A stretch of DNA of 64,000 bases, from positions 170,500,001 through 170,564,000 of the forward strand of contig OZ024743.1 in the NCBI GenBank assembly GCA_964016885.1, given 5' to 3'. This document shows positions 13,628 to 26,288 of this stretch, piece after piece. Source of the DNA: Eledone cirrhosa. Lineage: Eukaryota. The notes under the pieces were generated by a model, which had not been told where the DNA came from, did not search any database, and was given only the letters and a program-made list of their open reading frames with translations. The position numbers and the translations under genes are program-made. Within the stretch, counting starts at the first letter, position 1, and each line of letters begins with the position of its first letter.

Positions 13628-13895
13628 AGCTTTGCCTTTCATCCTTACGAGTGGGGGGCATTGATAAAATTAAGCACCAGTAATGTACTGGGTTGATTTA
13701 ATTGACTTTCCCCTCCCCCAACGTTACTGACCTTGCGCTTAAAGTAGAATCAATTATTATAAAGAGTAGTCGATTGGCAGTCTCAGTAGAGCATCTTACA
13801 ACATGCTTCACAGCATAGAGTTATGGCGCCTTACATTCTCAGTTCAAATCCCAAAATTACTGGCCTTGTGCCTAAATCAGAAATCATTATTATTA
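13628..13895 (+). mobile_element. Two tandem partial tRNA-derived SINEs (family S1)
   Basis: ctttgcctttcatccttac body and ggccttgtgcctaaa...attattatt tails, matching 15641-15840. Confidence 0.7.
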
Positions 13896-14499
13896 TTTTT
13901 ATTATTATTGTTTCTTTGCTCAGCCTCTAACACTGGAGATGTATTATAGTTTTAGCTTTTCACTACCAGTGAAATGGGGTAACACCCCTAATTTTCAAGT
14001 ATCCTCCAGAGTATTCGAGCTGTTTTTTGCTGGTTTTTGTAAGTGTTCCTATTTGTTTAATGTACTTCTCAAGATTTTTACTCACTGTTCCCAAGACTCC
14101 AACTATTATTGGTATTACCACCACCTTTTTTAGTGACCACAATGCTTAACCTCCCGAGCTAACCTGTCATATCTATCATGTTTTACCTTCTTTATTACAT
14201 ACCTTGTTATCAGCTGGAGTGACTGTCCTATCTTCTCTGTCTGTCCTATCTTCAACATCTCTATGGAATTGTCCATACATTCTTTTTCCTGTCCAAATAC
14301 TTTCAGTTTCATCCATCTTCAAATGTTTATGCTGTGTTTTTTTAAGCACTCTCAACCTTCAGCCAATCAGGCAGTACAATCAGTGGAAACTCCACCTTAG
14401 AAGTCTATAGAAGGTTAGTGGCAAAAAAAACCAAAAAACAATGATGTTCTAGGGGAGACTCTGGACGTTAATGAAAATCAACTAGCTACTCTTTTCCAG

Positions 14500-15630
14500 G
14501 GGATTTTTGGTCCAAGGCTGATGAATAACTTTCAGAAATGCCTGGCCTGGAAGGGCTACCGAGGAGCTTTGCCAGTTTGAGATAAACTCTACAGGCATGG
14601 GAGTGCTGTCAACCGAGTCTGTCCGAGGTGCACGCATGGCGACAAAACCATCCTGCATGCACTCGTTGAGTGTCCGAAGATTGTTGACCTGTGGGTTTAT
14701 GTCGAGCATCTGTTATCACATGTAAGACAGATCTGACTATCAACTGAGTCCAATGTGAAGATCGCCCTGCCATCTTCCTTTAACTGCCTGGTCGCCATTG
14801 GGTGGATGCATTTGAAAGAGTTGAAGACAGCGACTTTCCTCTTTGACAAAGTCCTAATTAACTTTTTCAGGTTTCACTTCAAGAGAAAATCAGTTTCTTG
14901 AAAGGTGGGTGAGAGTGGCAAGCATGGTCCATGTGAATGGGCCTGCCTTGAGCATACGCCTGTAGATTGGAGGAGAACAACTGGGAGAGGACACTTTGCC
15001 CTAGCGGACAGGATGACCATAGCTTTTTGTGGGATTTCTACATAAGTGACCCTTGGAGTCTCCTCACCTTTGGGGAATTTGTTGTGTTTATTTTTCTTAG
15101 TCTGTTTCAAATTTTATTTTGCACAAAAATAATCTCACACTGTATCATCATGTACCATCTTTAATGTTTCTCTAATGTGAGCCCTGTGTGGCTAATAAAG
15201 AAATTATTATTATTATTAGGGTTGAAGATGGGCACTTTTCCCTTCGGTGATGCTCCCATTAACTTTTTCAGGATTCACCTGAAAAGGAAAATCAGGGTGG
15301 AGAAGGTAGTGCTGCCTTCCAGCCAGTGTGTTGAAAGGTGGGTGTGAGGGGTGAGACTGGCCCATGTGAATGGGCCTGCTCTGAGCATGTACCTGTAGTA
15401 TTGTAGGAGGAAAACTGGGACAGAGCACTTGCTCTAGCAGTCAGGATGACCGTGGCTTTTGTGGACTTTCTCCATGAGTAACCCTCGGTGGTTTCCCCAT
15501 TATTGGGGATTTTTCCATTGTTTCCTTTTTTTACATGCAAAACTCATATTTGTACCGTCCTGTACTATCCTCTGCTGTCCTTAATGTATTTTTTGTAAAC
15601 ACTTTGTGGTTAATAAAGAAATCATCATTA
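14500..15630 (+). mobile_element. Two tandem degraded Tx1/L1-clade 3' ends
   Basis: Homologous to 11926-12700. Each ends in gtgg(c/t)taataaagaaa followed by (att)n, at about 15200 and 15620. Confidence 0.7.
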
Positions 15631-15640
15631 TTATTATAAA

Positions 15641-15840
15641 GGGCAGTGGATTGGCAGTATCGGTAGAGGGTCGGACGCCATGCTTTCCAGCATAGTTACG
15701 TCCCTTTATGATCTGAGTTCAAATCCCGCCGAGGTTGACTTTGCCTTTCATCCTTACGGGGTCGATAAAATAAAGTACCAGTAATGCACTGGGTAATTGC
15801 TGGCCTTGTGCCTAAAGTAGAAACAATTATTATTATTATT
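15641..15840 (+). mobile_element. tRNA-derived SINE (family S1), near full length
   Basis: A box tggcagtatcgg, B box gagttcaaatcc, body gcctttcatccttacggggtcgataaaataaagtacca, (TTA)n tail. Other copies lie at 16455-16672 (+), 17790-17965 (-), 24930-25120 (-) and 39882-40003 (-). Confidence 0.85.
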
Positions 15841-15849
15841 GTTTTTTCT

Positions 15850-18800
15850 TCTGCCTTCAGTATTGTTTTCATTATATGCCGAGTGTCTTCCTGGTCCCTA
15901 GGGCAAATAAACTCTCTGTATACATTGGTAAGCCAGTTAACATAACAAATTGATTATAATTTTCACAGAGATAGTGCTCTTCTCAATACATGTGCAATAC
16001 CAGTTCAAACAACTTTTTGCACCTCTTGCAGAGAGGGTAAACAAGGGATCATTCTCAAATACTCTTCTGTTCCTTTTTTGATCATTCCCAGTGCTCCTAC
16101 AATCACTGGTATTGTAACGGCCTTGAGGTGCCACATTTTTTTTCAATTTCAATGAGCAGATCTTTATATTTTGTCAAATTCTTTTGCTGCAATATTGTGA
16201 TCACATGGGATGTTCATATCAATCAATAAACAGACCTTGCTATGTTGGTCTTTTACAATGATATCTGAACTATTAGCTTTTATGGTCCGATCAGGAAGGT
16301 CTCAAAGAATTGTTACTTTTTCTCCTTCAGTTACAACCACAGGGTGATGATTGTACCACTTGTCAGCAGCTTTGATTTTATAATACCAACATATTCCCCA
16401 GTGTAGATATTGGCCAACTCTGTCGTGTCTAGATTTGTAATCTACTGGTGCTAAAACTTTACATCGAGCACATTGGACGCCATGCTTTGCAGCATAGAGT
16501 TGTGGCCCTTGCCATTCTGAGTTCAAATCCCGCTGAGGTTAACTTTGCCTTTCATCCTTATGGGGTCGATAAATTAAAGTACCAGTCATGCACTGGGGTT
16601 GATTTAATCGACTTTCCCCTCCCCCAAAATTGCTGGCTTTGTGCCTATATAAGAAACTATTATTATTATTATTCTTTGAGTCTCAGTCATTGATGTTATT
16701 TAACTGGAAAGTTTGTTCAAATCAATTTCAAGCCACTACCTGCAGCCTCAGATATTTAGGATGTATCGGAGGGTTCTTGCTGTTCCCAGCACTTTTGAAG
16801 TGTTCCAAAAAAGGGGCTTGGACTAATGTTCTTTAACCATCCTTGAAAACTCTTTGAGATAGTACCTAGTGCTCCTATGACAATCAGGACGACCTTGATC
16901 TCATGACAGTCTCAAATCCGTTTTAATTCCCACTTTAAATCCTGGTACCAGTTAATTTTCTCCTCCTCCTTTTCTTGCACTCTTGTGTCAAAGAGGTCAG
17001 CTACATCTACAAACACGCACAATCTTTTTTCCTTGTCAAAAACTACCAGGTCAGGCCTAATATGTTCTAATTTTTTGTCTTTCTGTATCCTGAAATCCCA
17101 TAGCACCTTCATTTGATCAACTTTCTATCACCAACTCTGGCTTATGCTCATACCACTTCTCAGAATGTGGTAAATTGTTTAGTTTGTATAAATGTCAGTG
17201 AATCACCTTTCCTATTATATCATGCCTCCAGCCTTTATAGTGAGTATGGGCTAGGTGTTTACATTCAGATTCAATGTGAGCCACAGTCTCCTCTCTCTCC
17301 ACAGATCCTACACAGTGAGCTAGCTAGTGTTCCACCCACTTCGTTCTGAGGTCTTGCTCTTGTCCAGCCATTAGCATTCCTTCTGTAGCCTTTTTAAGGT
17401 CTCCTCTTTTTAACTAGCTCCATGTCTGTGGATCTCTGAATTCCGTTTTCTTAAAAAAAGGTGCTATGAAGAGATCTTTCATGAAGGTTTCTCTTTCTCT
17501 TGTTATTTCCTCCCATCCCCTATTCTATTGTCTTCTCCTTCAGTACAACTTTGGGCATTGGCTCCCTACTCTCAGACACATATTTGTGCAGACTGTTTTT
17601 TCTCCATCTGAACACCGTCCTCTTCGCTGATATGACCTCTTCCACCTTCAGATCTCTTTAAATCGAGTCTATCAAGATCTCTCCTATTGTGAAACATGCT
17701 GTATGTAGTCATTAGGTTCCTAGTCTTTCTATCCATTTCTTTTTGTTCAGTAACATTCCATTTGAGAATTCCCGCACTGTACCTAATAATTGTTTCTACT
17801 TTTTGCACAAGGCCAGCAATTACCCAGTACATTACTAGTACTTTATTTTATCGACCCCGTAAGGATGAAAGGTAAAGTTAACCTCGACGGTATTTGAACT
17901 CAGACCGTAAAGGGACATAACTGTGCTGGAAAGCATGCCGTCCAACCGTCTACCGATACTGCCAAATAGACACAGCTCGGGAATTTACTGCACTTATGAT
18001 GTTCCTACTATTTAGATGTGATTTTTGTATGTTCCTTACTCTCCTTATGTATTATTATTATTATTTTCATTTATCTTGCTTTATGTTCATACGAGTTATC
18101 ACCAAGTCACAACCAGTCACCTCAAGAGTCAACAAGGTCCACCATGTTCAAGAAAGAACATACATACACACACACACATGTATCATTAGGTGTTTAAACT
18201 TGTGATATACTTATATTGATGGAATTTTCATTAATATATGAGCAGTTCCCATTAGTACTATCATTTGTATTTCTTCTATACACGGGTTTCCTGGGATTTG
18301 GGATAAGTAATCATTAGACCCCTTAGGTATCATTCTTAGAGAACCTACAACCACTGGTAATGGTTTAGTTCTTCCACATTTTTCCAATCTCTATCTCCAG
18401 GTCTTTATACCTGCTCAGTTTTTCAAACATTCTTATAGATACATTCTTGTCTATAGGAACGGACATGTCAATTAGCAGGCATACCATCTTTTTTACAGTC
18501 CTTCAGTATTATATCAGATCTATTTGCATCTATTTTTCGGTCTTTTGGGATGCTAAAGTTCCACAAAATTGAGATGTGACTTTTTCAAGTATGGGAGGTG
18601 GTTGATGCTCCCACCAATTCTTTTGATGGGGCAGGTCAAAATGCTTACACATTACCAATGTATGTATTGTACAGCTCTGTCATTCAGTTGGAGCTATAGG
18701 ACTGCACATTGAAATTATATAATCAATGGTCTCTGGTTGCTTTTTACATACACGGCATAATGGATTGCATCCATTTTTTATGATGTTGGCTTCATAATTT

Positions 18801-18950
18801 TTTGTTGGGAGACACTGATCTTGTGTTAATATAATTAGTCCTTCAGTCTCCAATTTCAGTCCAGAAGATGCCAACCACTGATGGGTTAAAGTTTTGTCAA
18901 CATCAGGATTGTTAGCTCTTTCTGGGTATTTTCCATACAAAAGCTTTATT
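15850..18950 (-). mobile_element. Cluster of three degraded RLE-type non-LTR retrotransposon 3' fragments interrupted by SINEs
   Basis: YKSRHDRVGQYLHW (16302-16460), LWDFRIQ...RPDLVVFDK...DVA (16912-17112) and CRVC...ETIDYIISMC (18680-18940). Confidence 0.7.
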
Positions 18951-19599
18951 TTTGTTGGTGGTGTTGGTGATGTTGGTGGCAGTGGCGGCGGCGGCGGCTT
19001 TCTCATGTCCTTCTCTGTTTCATTTCTCTTCATCTAACCTATACACATATAAAAATTTGATTAGAGTGTGGGGGTGACCTGGCTCTGTCTTTCTACAGTG
19101 ACGGTGTTGGTGGTAGTGATGATGATGAGGAGGAGTAGGAGTGAAGAACAGCAACAACAATGTTCAGGTTGATGTAATTAGTGTGTTGAAATTCAAATTT
19201 TACCTTTTGAAACGAACTCCAGCCATGTCTTCTATTAAAGCCAGAGTTTGAACATTTGAAAATGTGGACAACTACAAACCACTAGTTCATGGGTTCTAAT
19301 TCAATGCAGCAGAGATTTTCTCAGTTAGAAGTTGGGATTTGGAATTCTAAAACATCAGTATATAATTATATTGAACACCATCCACACACACATGTACCAA
19401 TCTATGCTTGCATGGAAAAAGGATGTAAAACAGGGTGGATGGACGGATGTTTAACAAGTTTGTTTTGTAGTTGTTGCCTTCTTTTAAATCTTGATGGCTC
19501 GATGTTGCTTTTATCATTGTTCTTTTATATTTCTTTTTTTAATTGTATTTTTTTTGCCTGCATCATTCTGAAATTTCTTATTTTCTTCCTATTTTACAG

Positions 19600-19671
19600 A
19601 AATTGAAGCTAAAGAGGCATGCAAATGGCTACGTTACACAGGATTTCCTCAATATGCTCAGATGTTTGAAG
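19600..19671 (+). CDS. DLC1: DLC1/STARD13/cv-c-like RhoGAP, SAM-domain exon (72 bp)
   Basis: Polypyrimidine-ttacag acceptor and gtaggt donor. Translates (E)IEAKEACKWLRYTGFPQYAQMFE, matching the recalled DLC1 SAM start EIEAKEACDWLRATGFPQYAQLYE. Confidence 0.92.
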
Positions 19672-20623
19672 GTAGGTGATCATTCTGGCAATTCCTTTCT
19701 GTCCTTTCATGTTTTTACTGCATAACCCTTTTAATATCAACCCAGTTCTGGTTCTACAAAAAAACCCCACCCATTTTAAAGGATTCCTTTTTAACTTTAT
19801 AACACCCTTTAGATATTTTCTGTTAAATCATTGCAGAATGTTAAGAGTTATATTGAAATATTTGAATATAATTTTATATAAAAACCATGTTAAGTTATTA
19901 GTAAAAAAATTAATGATTTTAGTAAATTCTAGAACATTCTCCCTTAATTAATTTAAATAGTATATTTCATTAGAAATAAAAGTGTTATAGTTATAAAAGT
20001 GTTATGGTTATTCATTCGGTCTATTGGTGTCAAATCACCTGTAAGTTAACCCCATAATTTGAGTTCACTTCATAGACATGAAAATGGGGTTGGCTCAGTA
20101 AGTAACCAGCTTCCAAGTAATGGTCAGACAGGGATGGATTCAGGAGTCACTGACGTCCCTTTTTCCTGAGGAGAATGACGGGCATACAGCATTATATAGA
20201 TTAGCATAGTGCAATTGTACATGGTCTCCAACCTTCAGAAATGAAGATGGGAAGAGAACAAATTATCTTTAGTTCAGGGCCATGTTTCTAAGTTCAAGTT
20301 TGTATGGATTGGTGTTTGATTTGGTTCATGGATTAATGTATGAATTGGTGGATTGGGAGGTTAATTAACAAATTTGATAGAACAGGTATTATAGGGGTTA
20401 TATATAATATCTGTTAAAATAGCCATGTGAAATCAATTGGCTATATATTTTGTAACTTGTATAGAAATAATTAAGCATCAGTTCTGATTAAACAACAGAT
20501 TAGACACTGAGACACATTCACACATATATATACATATATATTTGGAAAGTGGGTGTGAGTTTGTGGATAGTGTTGTTTTTTTGCAGATTTGTTTACATTC
20601 AAGGTATATATATATATATGCAT

Positions 20624-20694
<71 letters not shown>

Positions 20695-20799
20695 TAAATA
20701 TATATATATATATCATTACTGTATTATTTCCAGCCAACATACTGAAGCTATGCTTGGGCACCAGCGTTGATGCTACACTTTCTACAGCCAGCCTTCTTT

Positions 20800-22230
20800 G
20801 GTTGGCCATTGATACAAAATGGAGTTTGTTGCTGCCGCCCTTATTTGTGCTTCAACTCGTGCTGTGGGTTCATTCAGGATCTTGGTATGTTTCTTGAAAA
20901 CATCTACATGCACACCATGTTGATCTCTCAGACGTTTGGTGGCATATTAAAAAGGTGAGGGCCTTATAACCCCAGGCTATTGCAATCCTTACTTTTTATG
21001 CAAAGGATAGTACCTGTTCATGAACTGGTCCAACCCTCATTGCCGAAAATTGGTGGTAACCCTTCCAGGATCTTCTAAACGTACATCACTGTGTATCTCT
21101 CCTGCTTTCACTCCATGGAATAGAGCTTTAGATCTTTCTGCCTCTCTCAGCAGCTCATCTCTTTCTTCATTGAGGCAATCCTCTTGGTGTAGCTTTATCA
21201 GAATGCTTCATGTTATGTGGTTAGTTTGACACTATGGGGTGACCACAGCTTGGAGAAATAGTCCAATTGGCTGAGGACAAAAGTCCTCCAGAAGACCAAC
21301 ATGGTTTCTGAGTCTCTTGTACTAAAAGTTCTCAGAATTCAACCTGCCAGTTGTCTGCACATTGCAGTCATTTTAGTGATGTGTGTATGAAATGATGCAT
21401 CATTGCTCATGTCAATACCCAGGTCTCATATTGATTTTGACTCAGAGATTTCAGTTCCTCCAGCTCCAGTGTACTTTTGTTGTAGTGTCCCTATGTTTGT
21501 GGATGGATAGCAGAGGTCTTGAAATTTTCTGGCATTAAATTACATAATGTTGTTTTCAACCCATTTGTATATAACATCTAAGTCTTGTTGAGACTAGCAT
21601 CAGCCAGATTTTTGATTGCCTGTGCTATGTTTGTGTAATCAGCATAGCTAGTGAAGCAGACTGTCTGTTTTACAGAGGGCATGTCAGGTCACACTCGAGT
21701 GCTACTGGTAGTGTGTAACCCAGTACAAACTGTCGCATGGTGGGGTCGTCAGCGACTAAACCAGTGATTTTGGACACCCTGCAGAACAAATAAGACCTGA
21801 CAAAGGGCGGAAGAACTCATAAGAGTCAACGACCATCTAAAAAAAAAAAATAATCCTGCCAAATCAATGGGTGGCAGTAGTTCCAGCTGCATGCATTGTG
21901 TAGATTGGTGTAGTGGTTCTGAGAATAATGTGGCTTTGCAGATGATCAATGCAAATCGACAATGTAAAGGCGCTCCCACTTGAGTTAGAAGAGAACTATT
22001 GACCTTCAGGAGAAGCAGGGACCCCTGATTGTATTCAGCAACTGAAACCAATGAAGTACACCAAATCCAATGCTCCTAGGTGTGACCCTGGTTCTTCTTA
22101 TTTGCGAGTGAAACTCGGCCAGATTAGATTAGATGTCTGAGAGAGCCACCACAAACAGTAGTGGTCTGAAGATGGTTCCCTGGGGCACCCCATTTGTTAT
22201 TGATGTTTCCTTTGAAAGGGCCCCATTGGC
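20800..22230 (-). mobile_element. Degraded CR1/L2-like LINE RT fragments interrupted by another repeat
   Basis: Minus-strand remnants of GVPQGTIF.PLLF (about 22135-22195) and SYADYT (about 21635-21650), plus a CR1-like C-terminus. Confidence 0.55.
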
Positions 22231-22362
22231 TGAAACAACAACACATACCACCAGTTCGTTGTATCATAAAAAGAAAATTTTTTGAAAAACTTTTTTTTAA
22301 ATGTTTTCAAATTTTTAAGTTGTGTGAAATTGTTTAAAGATTTTTATACCATCTGTCAAGCT

Positions 22363-22517
22363 CAGGCTGATAGAATGGGTAGGAAGAACATTATCTAGCT
22401 GTCGACTTAAGCAAAGTATGTATAATGGACATGAAAATAAACCTGAATACAACTGCATATGGCCTTCTATCTATTTAATACTCTCTCTCTCTTCTCTCTC
22501 TCTCTCTCTATATATAT

Positions 22518-22594
<77 letters not shown>

Positions 22595-22738
22595 GAGAGA
22601 GAGAGAGAGAGAAGAGAGAGAGAGTATTAAATAGATAGAAGGCCATATGCAGTTGTATTCAGGTTTATTTTCATGTCCATTATACATACTTTAAGTCGAC
22701 AGCTAGATAATGTTCTTCCTACCCATTCTATCAGCCTG
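22363..22738. repeat. ~375-bp near-perfect palindrome centred on (TA)n
   Basis: The arms are reverse complements, including mirrored (CT)n/(AG)n and (CA)n/(TG)n tracts. There is one 4-bp indel. Confidence 0.93.
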
Positions 22739-25700
22739 GTACGGTGGAGCCAACTGGTAAAACTTGTAGACGACCTATCTAACACATGCAAGCATGGAAA
22801 AATAGACATTATGATACAAGTTTTACCAGTTGGCTCCACCGTACCTTGCTTTAACAAAACTGTATTTTGGCCGCACTTTTTTCAGTTGGATGCCCTTCCT
22901 AACACCAACCATATTTACAGTCTGAAACTAGGTGGCAGCATTATGAGACAGGTCTGACCAGTTGGCCATGCTGTGCCTTGCTGGACCAGGTTTAAGCTGC
23001 ATTTTATGGTTGCTGGATGCTCTTCCTAACACCAACCCCATTTACAGTGTGAAACTGGGTGATCCCATCATGAGTCATATCTTATCAATTGGCTGAGCCA
23101 CACCCTGCTCATAGTGGAACCATATATATTGTTATATTTGGGAATGGTCATGTTGCTGGTATGGCCAATAAAAACACACACACCATATGATTTTCACTTT
23201 TTCACTTTATCTTTATTACTAGTTATTGGTTAGTTCATCAAAGTTCTTTTGTCACATTTTGTGCCTCCTTTTCTTTCTGGTCTTAATCTGTTACTCCATC
23301 TTGTCTTTATATACATTGATACATACATGCATGCATTAAAACATGATAAATAAGTTGCAAAGGCAAACAAGGTTATTTATAAAAGGCTTATATAACTTTG
23401 CCAGGAAGCTGAAACTTAACCTATTTATCTATTATGTTAAAGTTGGTGTTTCTATGGCATAAAAAGTGCCATGCTGGAAAGGGTAATGGTATGTGTGTGA
23501 GAGAGAGAGAGAGAGGGGAGGACTGTTGGTCATGATATGGAAAAGGCATGCTAAGATTACATTGTAATAAGTATGGATAGTGAATGATAAGCGTGTGTGC
23601 CAGAGAGGAATTACTTCTTTAAAAAGTATTGTTTATCTTCAAATTTGGAGTAAAATATTCTATTTTGGTAGTTTTAGCCATTTGTTCAACTTATTCAATT
23701 TATTTTGTTGTGCTGTGTGTTTGTATGTATGCGGACTGTAACTGTGCTTAGAAAGGCCCATGGGGGATTCTTAAGATGCACGAGTTGATGCCCATCACCA
23801 CTCGTTCCAAGTAAAACAGATATCGGGTTTTGTTATCCATTGAGAAGGTAGACCATCTAGGAAGGCAGACACTCCAATTAAAAATGATTGCACAGGGCAA
23901 ACTTGGACCCTGTAGCCACAATGAAAGCAGCCTGTATAAAGGGCAGTAACTCTGATTCAAATTTGAATTGCTATGAGCTCAGCCATTGGGCACTATTTTT
24001 AAGATACATACATATATATACAGAGAGAAAGAGATCTATTTTATACCAATATGTGACACTTGCAATACAAGTTTTAACTAGTGACTGATCACCACTAGAT
24101 GAAACTTTGTAGTCATAAGCTCAATTTTTGCTATATCCACTGATTGTGCTCAACCAGTGGTTATTGACCCTTTTGTGGCCATATTTCTAATGAAAGACAG
24201 TTCATATAATTTTAAAATAATTTTGAAAAGGATCAAAAATTTGAATGAATTTCATAATTTGTCTTTGGAACATAATTTAGCAAAAGTTAAATAGAATTAT
24301 GATTGAAGGTGCGTGTATGTATATGTGTCTCTATCATGCATTCATTGACACAAACACATAGATGTATGTATACATCAACCCACAGACACATTTGACACAC
24401 ATTTATGTCTGAGGGTGCATACCCTTGATAAATAAATTTACAAATATTTTTTACTTAGCTCTTCATCTACATCTGGAATACATTAATTGGATATTTAAGC
24501 TAGGATAATCCTATCCTCAGGGTTTTAGAACATGGAGAGAAGCAGCTGTTGAGATTGTCTTATCAAGTAGCACTGAAGAACTGGGATATTTGGATCAGGG
24601 TACTAGGTGGCACTGAATTAGTTGATTTGTTAGAATGGTGAATTAAGTGCCTTGCAGTATTTATTCCAGCTCTCTGTGATCTGAGTTCAAATACTTAACA
24701 TTGTCAATTCTGCCTTTCATTTTTTCAGGTTTGAATCAATAAAGTTATTATCCAGGGTGGTTGACTTGCAGAATTGTGAGAGTGTCAGTTCAGATACTTT
24801 ACAATTTCTGTTCTGTGATAGTGCATGCTGAGTTCAAATCACACCTCTTCTCATTAATTCATACAAAAACACCTATGAGATGCAACCTCATGAACAATCA
24901 GTTAAACCTACAGCAGATGTGAACTGTAATAATTGTTTCTACTTTTGGCACAAGACAAGCAATTACCCAGTGCATTACTGGTACTTTATTTTATCGACCC
25001 CATAAGGATGAAAGGCAAAGTTAACTTCGGCGAGATTTGAACTCAGAATGGCAAGGGCCGTAACTCTATACGTCAAAGCATGGCGTTTGACCCTCTACCG
25101 ATACTGCCAATCCACCACCCCTGATGTGAACTGTAATAACAACAACAAAAACAGAGGTTTATAACTGGATTTTGTGTAAAGGTGGAGATTTCTACAAAAT
25201 AAGGGAAATATCTCCCTGTATTATTCACTTTACATAACATGCTGAGTCTACATGGAGGTGCTACTTTGTTGCTTTGTCTGGTTGGATAATATCCATGAGC
25301 TTGACTGGTCTCGCTTGGGGATCCAGCTGGATCAGTTAGAGATGGTTGCTTCTGATAGGACTCGCTGGAAGAAGTGTTTGAGGTCTCTACCCCTACGACC
25401 CTCTCAGGAATTAGTGAAGAAGAAGCAGAAGGTGGTGGTGGTTGTGGTGTTGTACTTTTCTATGCTGGCATGAGTTACACAATGCTTTACAGCTGGTTGC
25501 CCTTCCTGATTCCAACCCTTACGGAACACAGGGATACTGTGTATCTATTCTAAAAACCAGAATACTCAATATATATACATGCACACACAAGGCAAAAAAT
25601 AAAATGAGATAAAACGAAGAACATTGGATACTCAGAACAGATGGATAAATGATGATTTCCTACATGTCAGCTGTCATCAGATCAGAGTGTCTTTATTGTT

Positions 25701-26288
25701 TTCAGTGGTAGGACAATACCACTCTGCCCTAAGCACCAATAGGCCTTAAAGAAAATGAGAGTGCTATTTGGGATAATAAAAAAAACAATGAAGCAATAGA
25801 ATATATAATACAGACAGGAATTTTGTGACTCAAATAGCAGGGCAACAAGACAAATGTATGTACATGTGTGTATATATATGTGTGTGCATATATTTTTACT
25901 TCCTGCCTTAGATCCTTGTAATAGGAGAACTGTGTAAAATATTCTCCTTCACATTATTTCAGTATTTGATATTGTGAAGACCTTTCCCACTTTATGTCTA
26001 GGATGTTATTTTTTGTTTTTTGTGACGCAAAGAAAACATTTAAAATATGTTTTTCTTACTTTATTCCTCCCTTCATACACAAAAACACCATATTGTGAAG
26101 CAAATTTCTTAAGCACCTAGCTGGGTGGTAAAGTAGTTTGCTTCACAATGTGCAGTTTCAAGTTGGGTTTCACCACATGGTACCTTGAGTAAATGTCGTC
26201 TATGATAGTTTTGTGTTGACAAATGCCTACCAAGTGAAATTTATTAGATGGTAATGGTGCCCATGGTATACACATACACGCACATATA

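Noticed and set aside
25640-25692. Hammerhead on the minus strand (CTGATGA...GAAA)
   Set aside because: Stem II and stem I do not pair convincingly.
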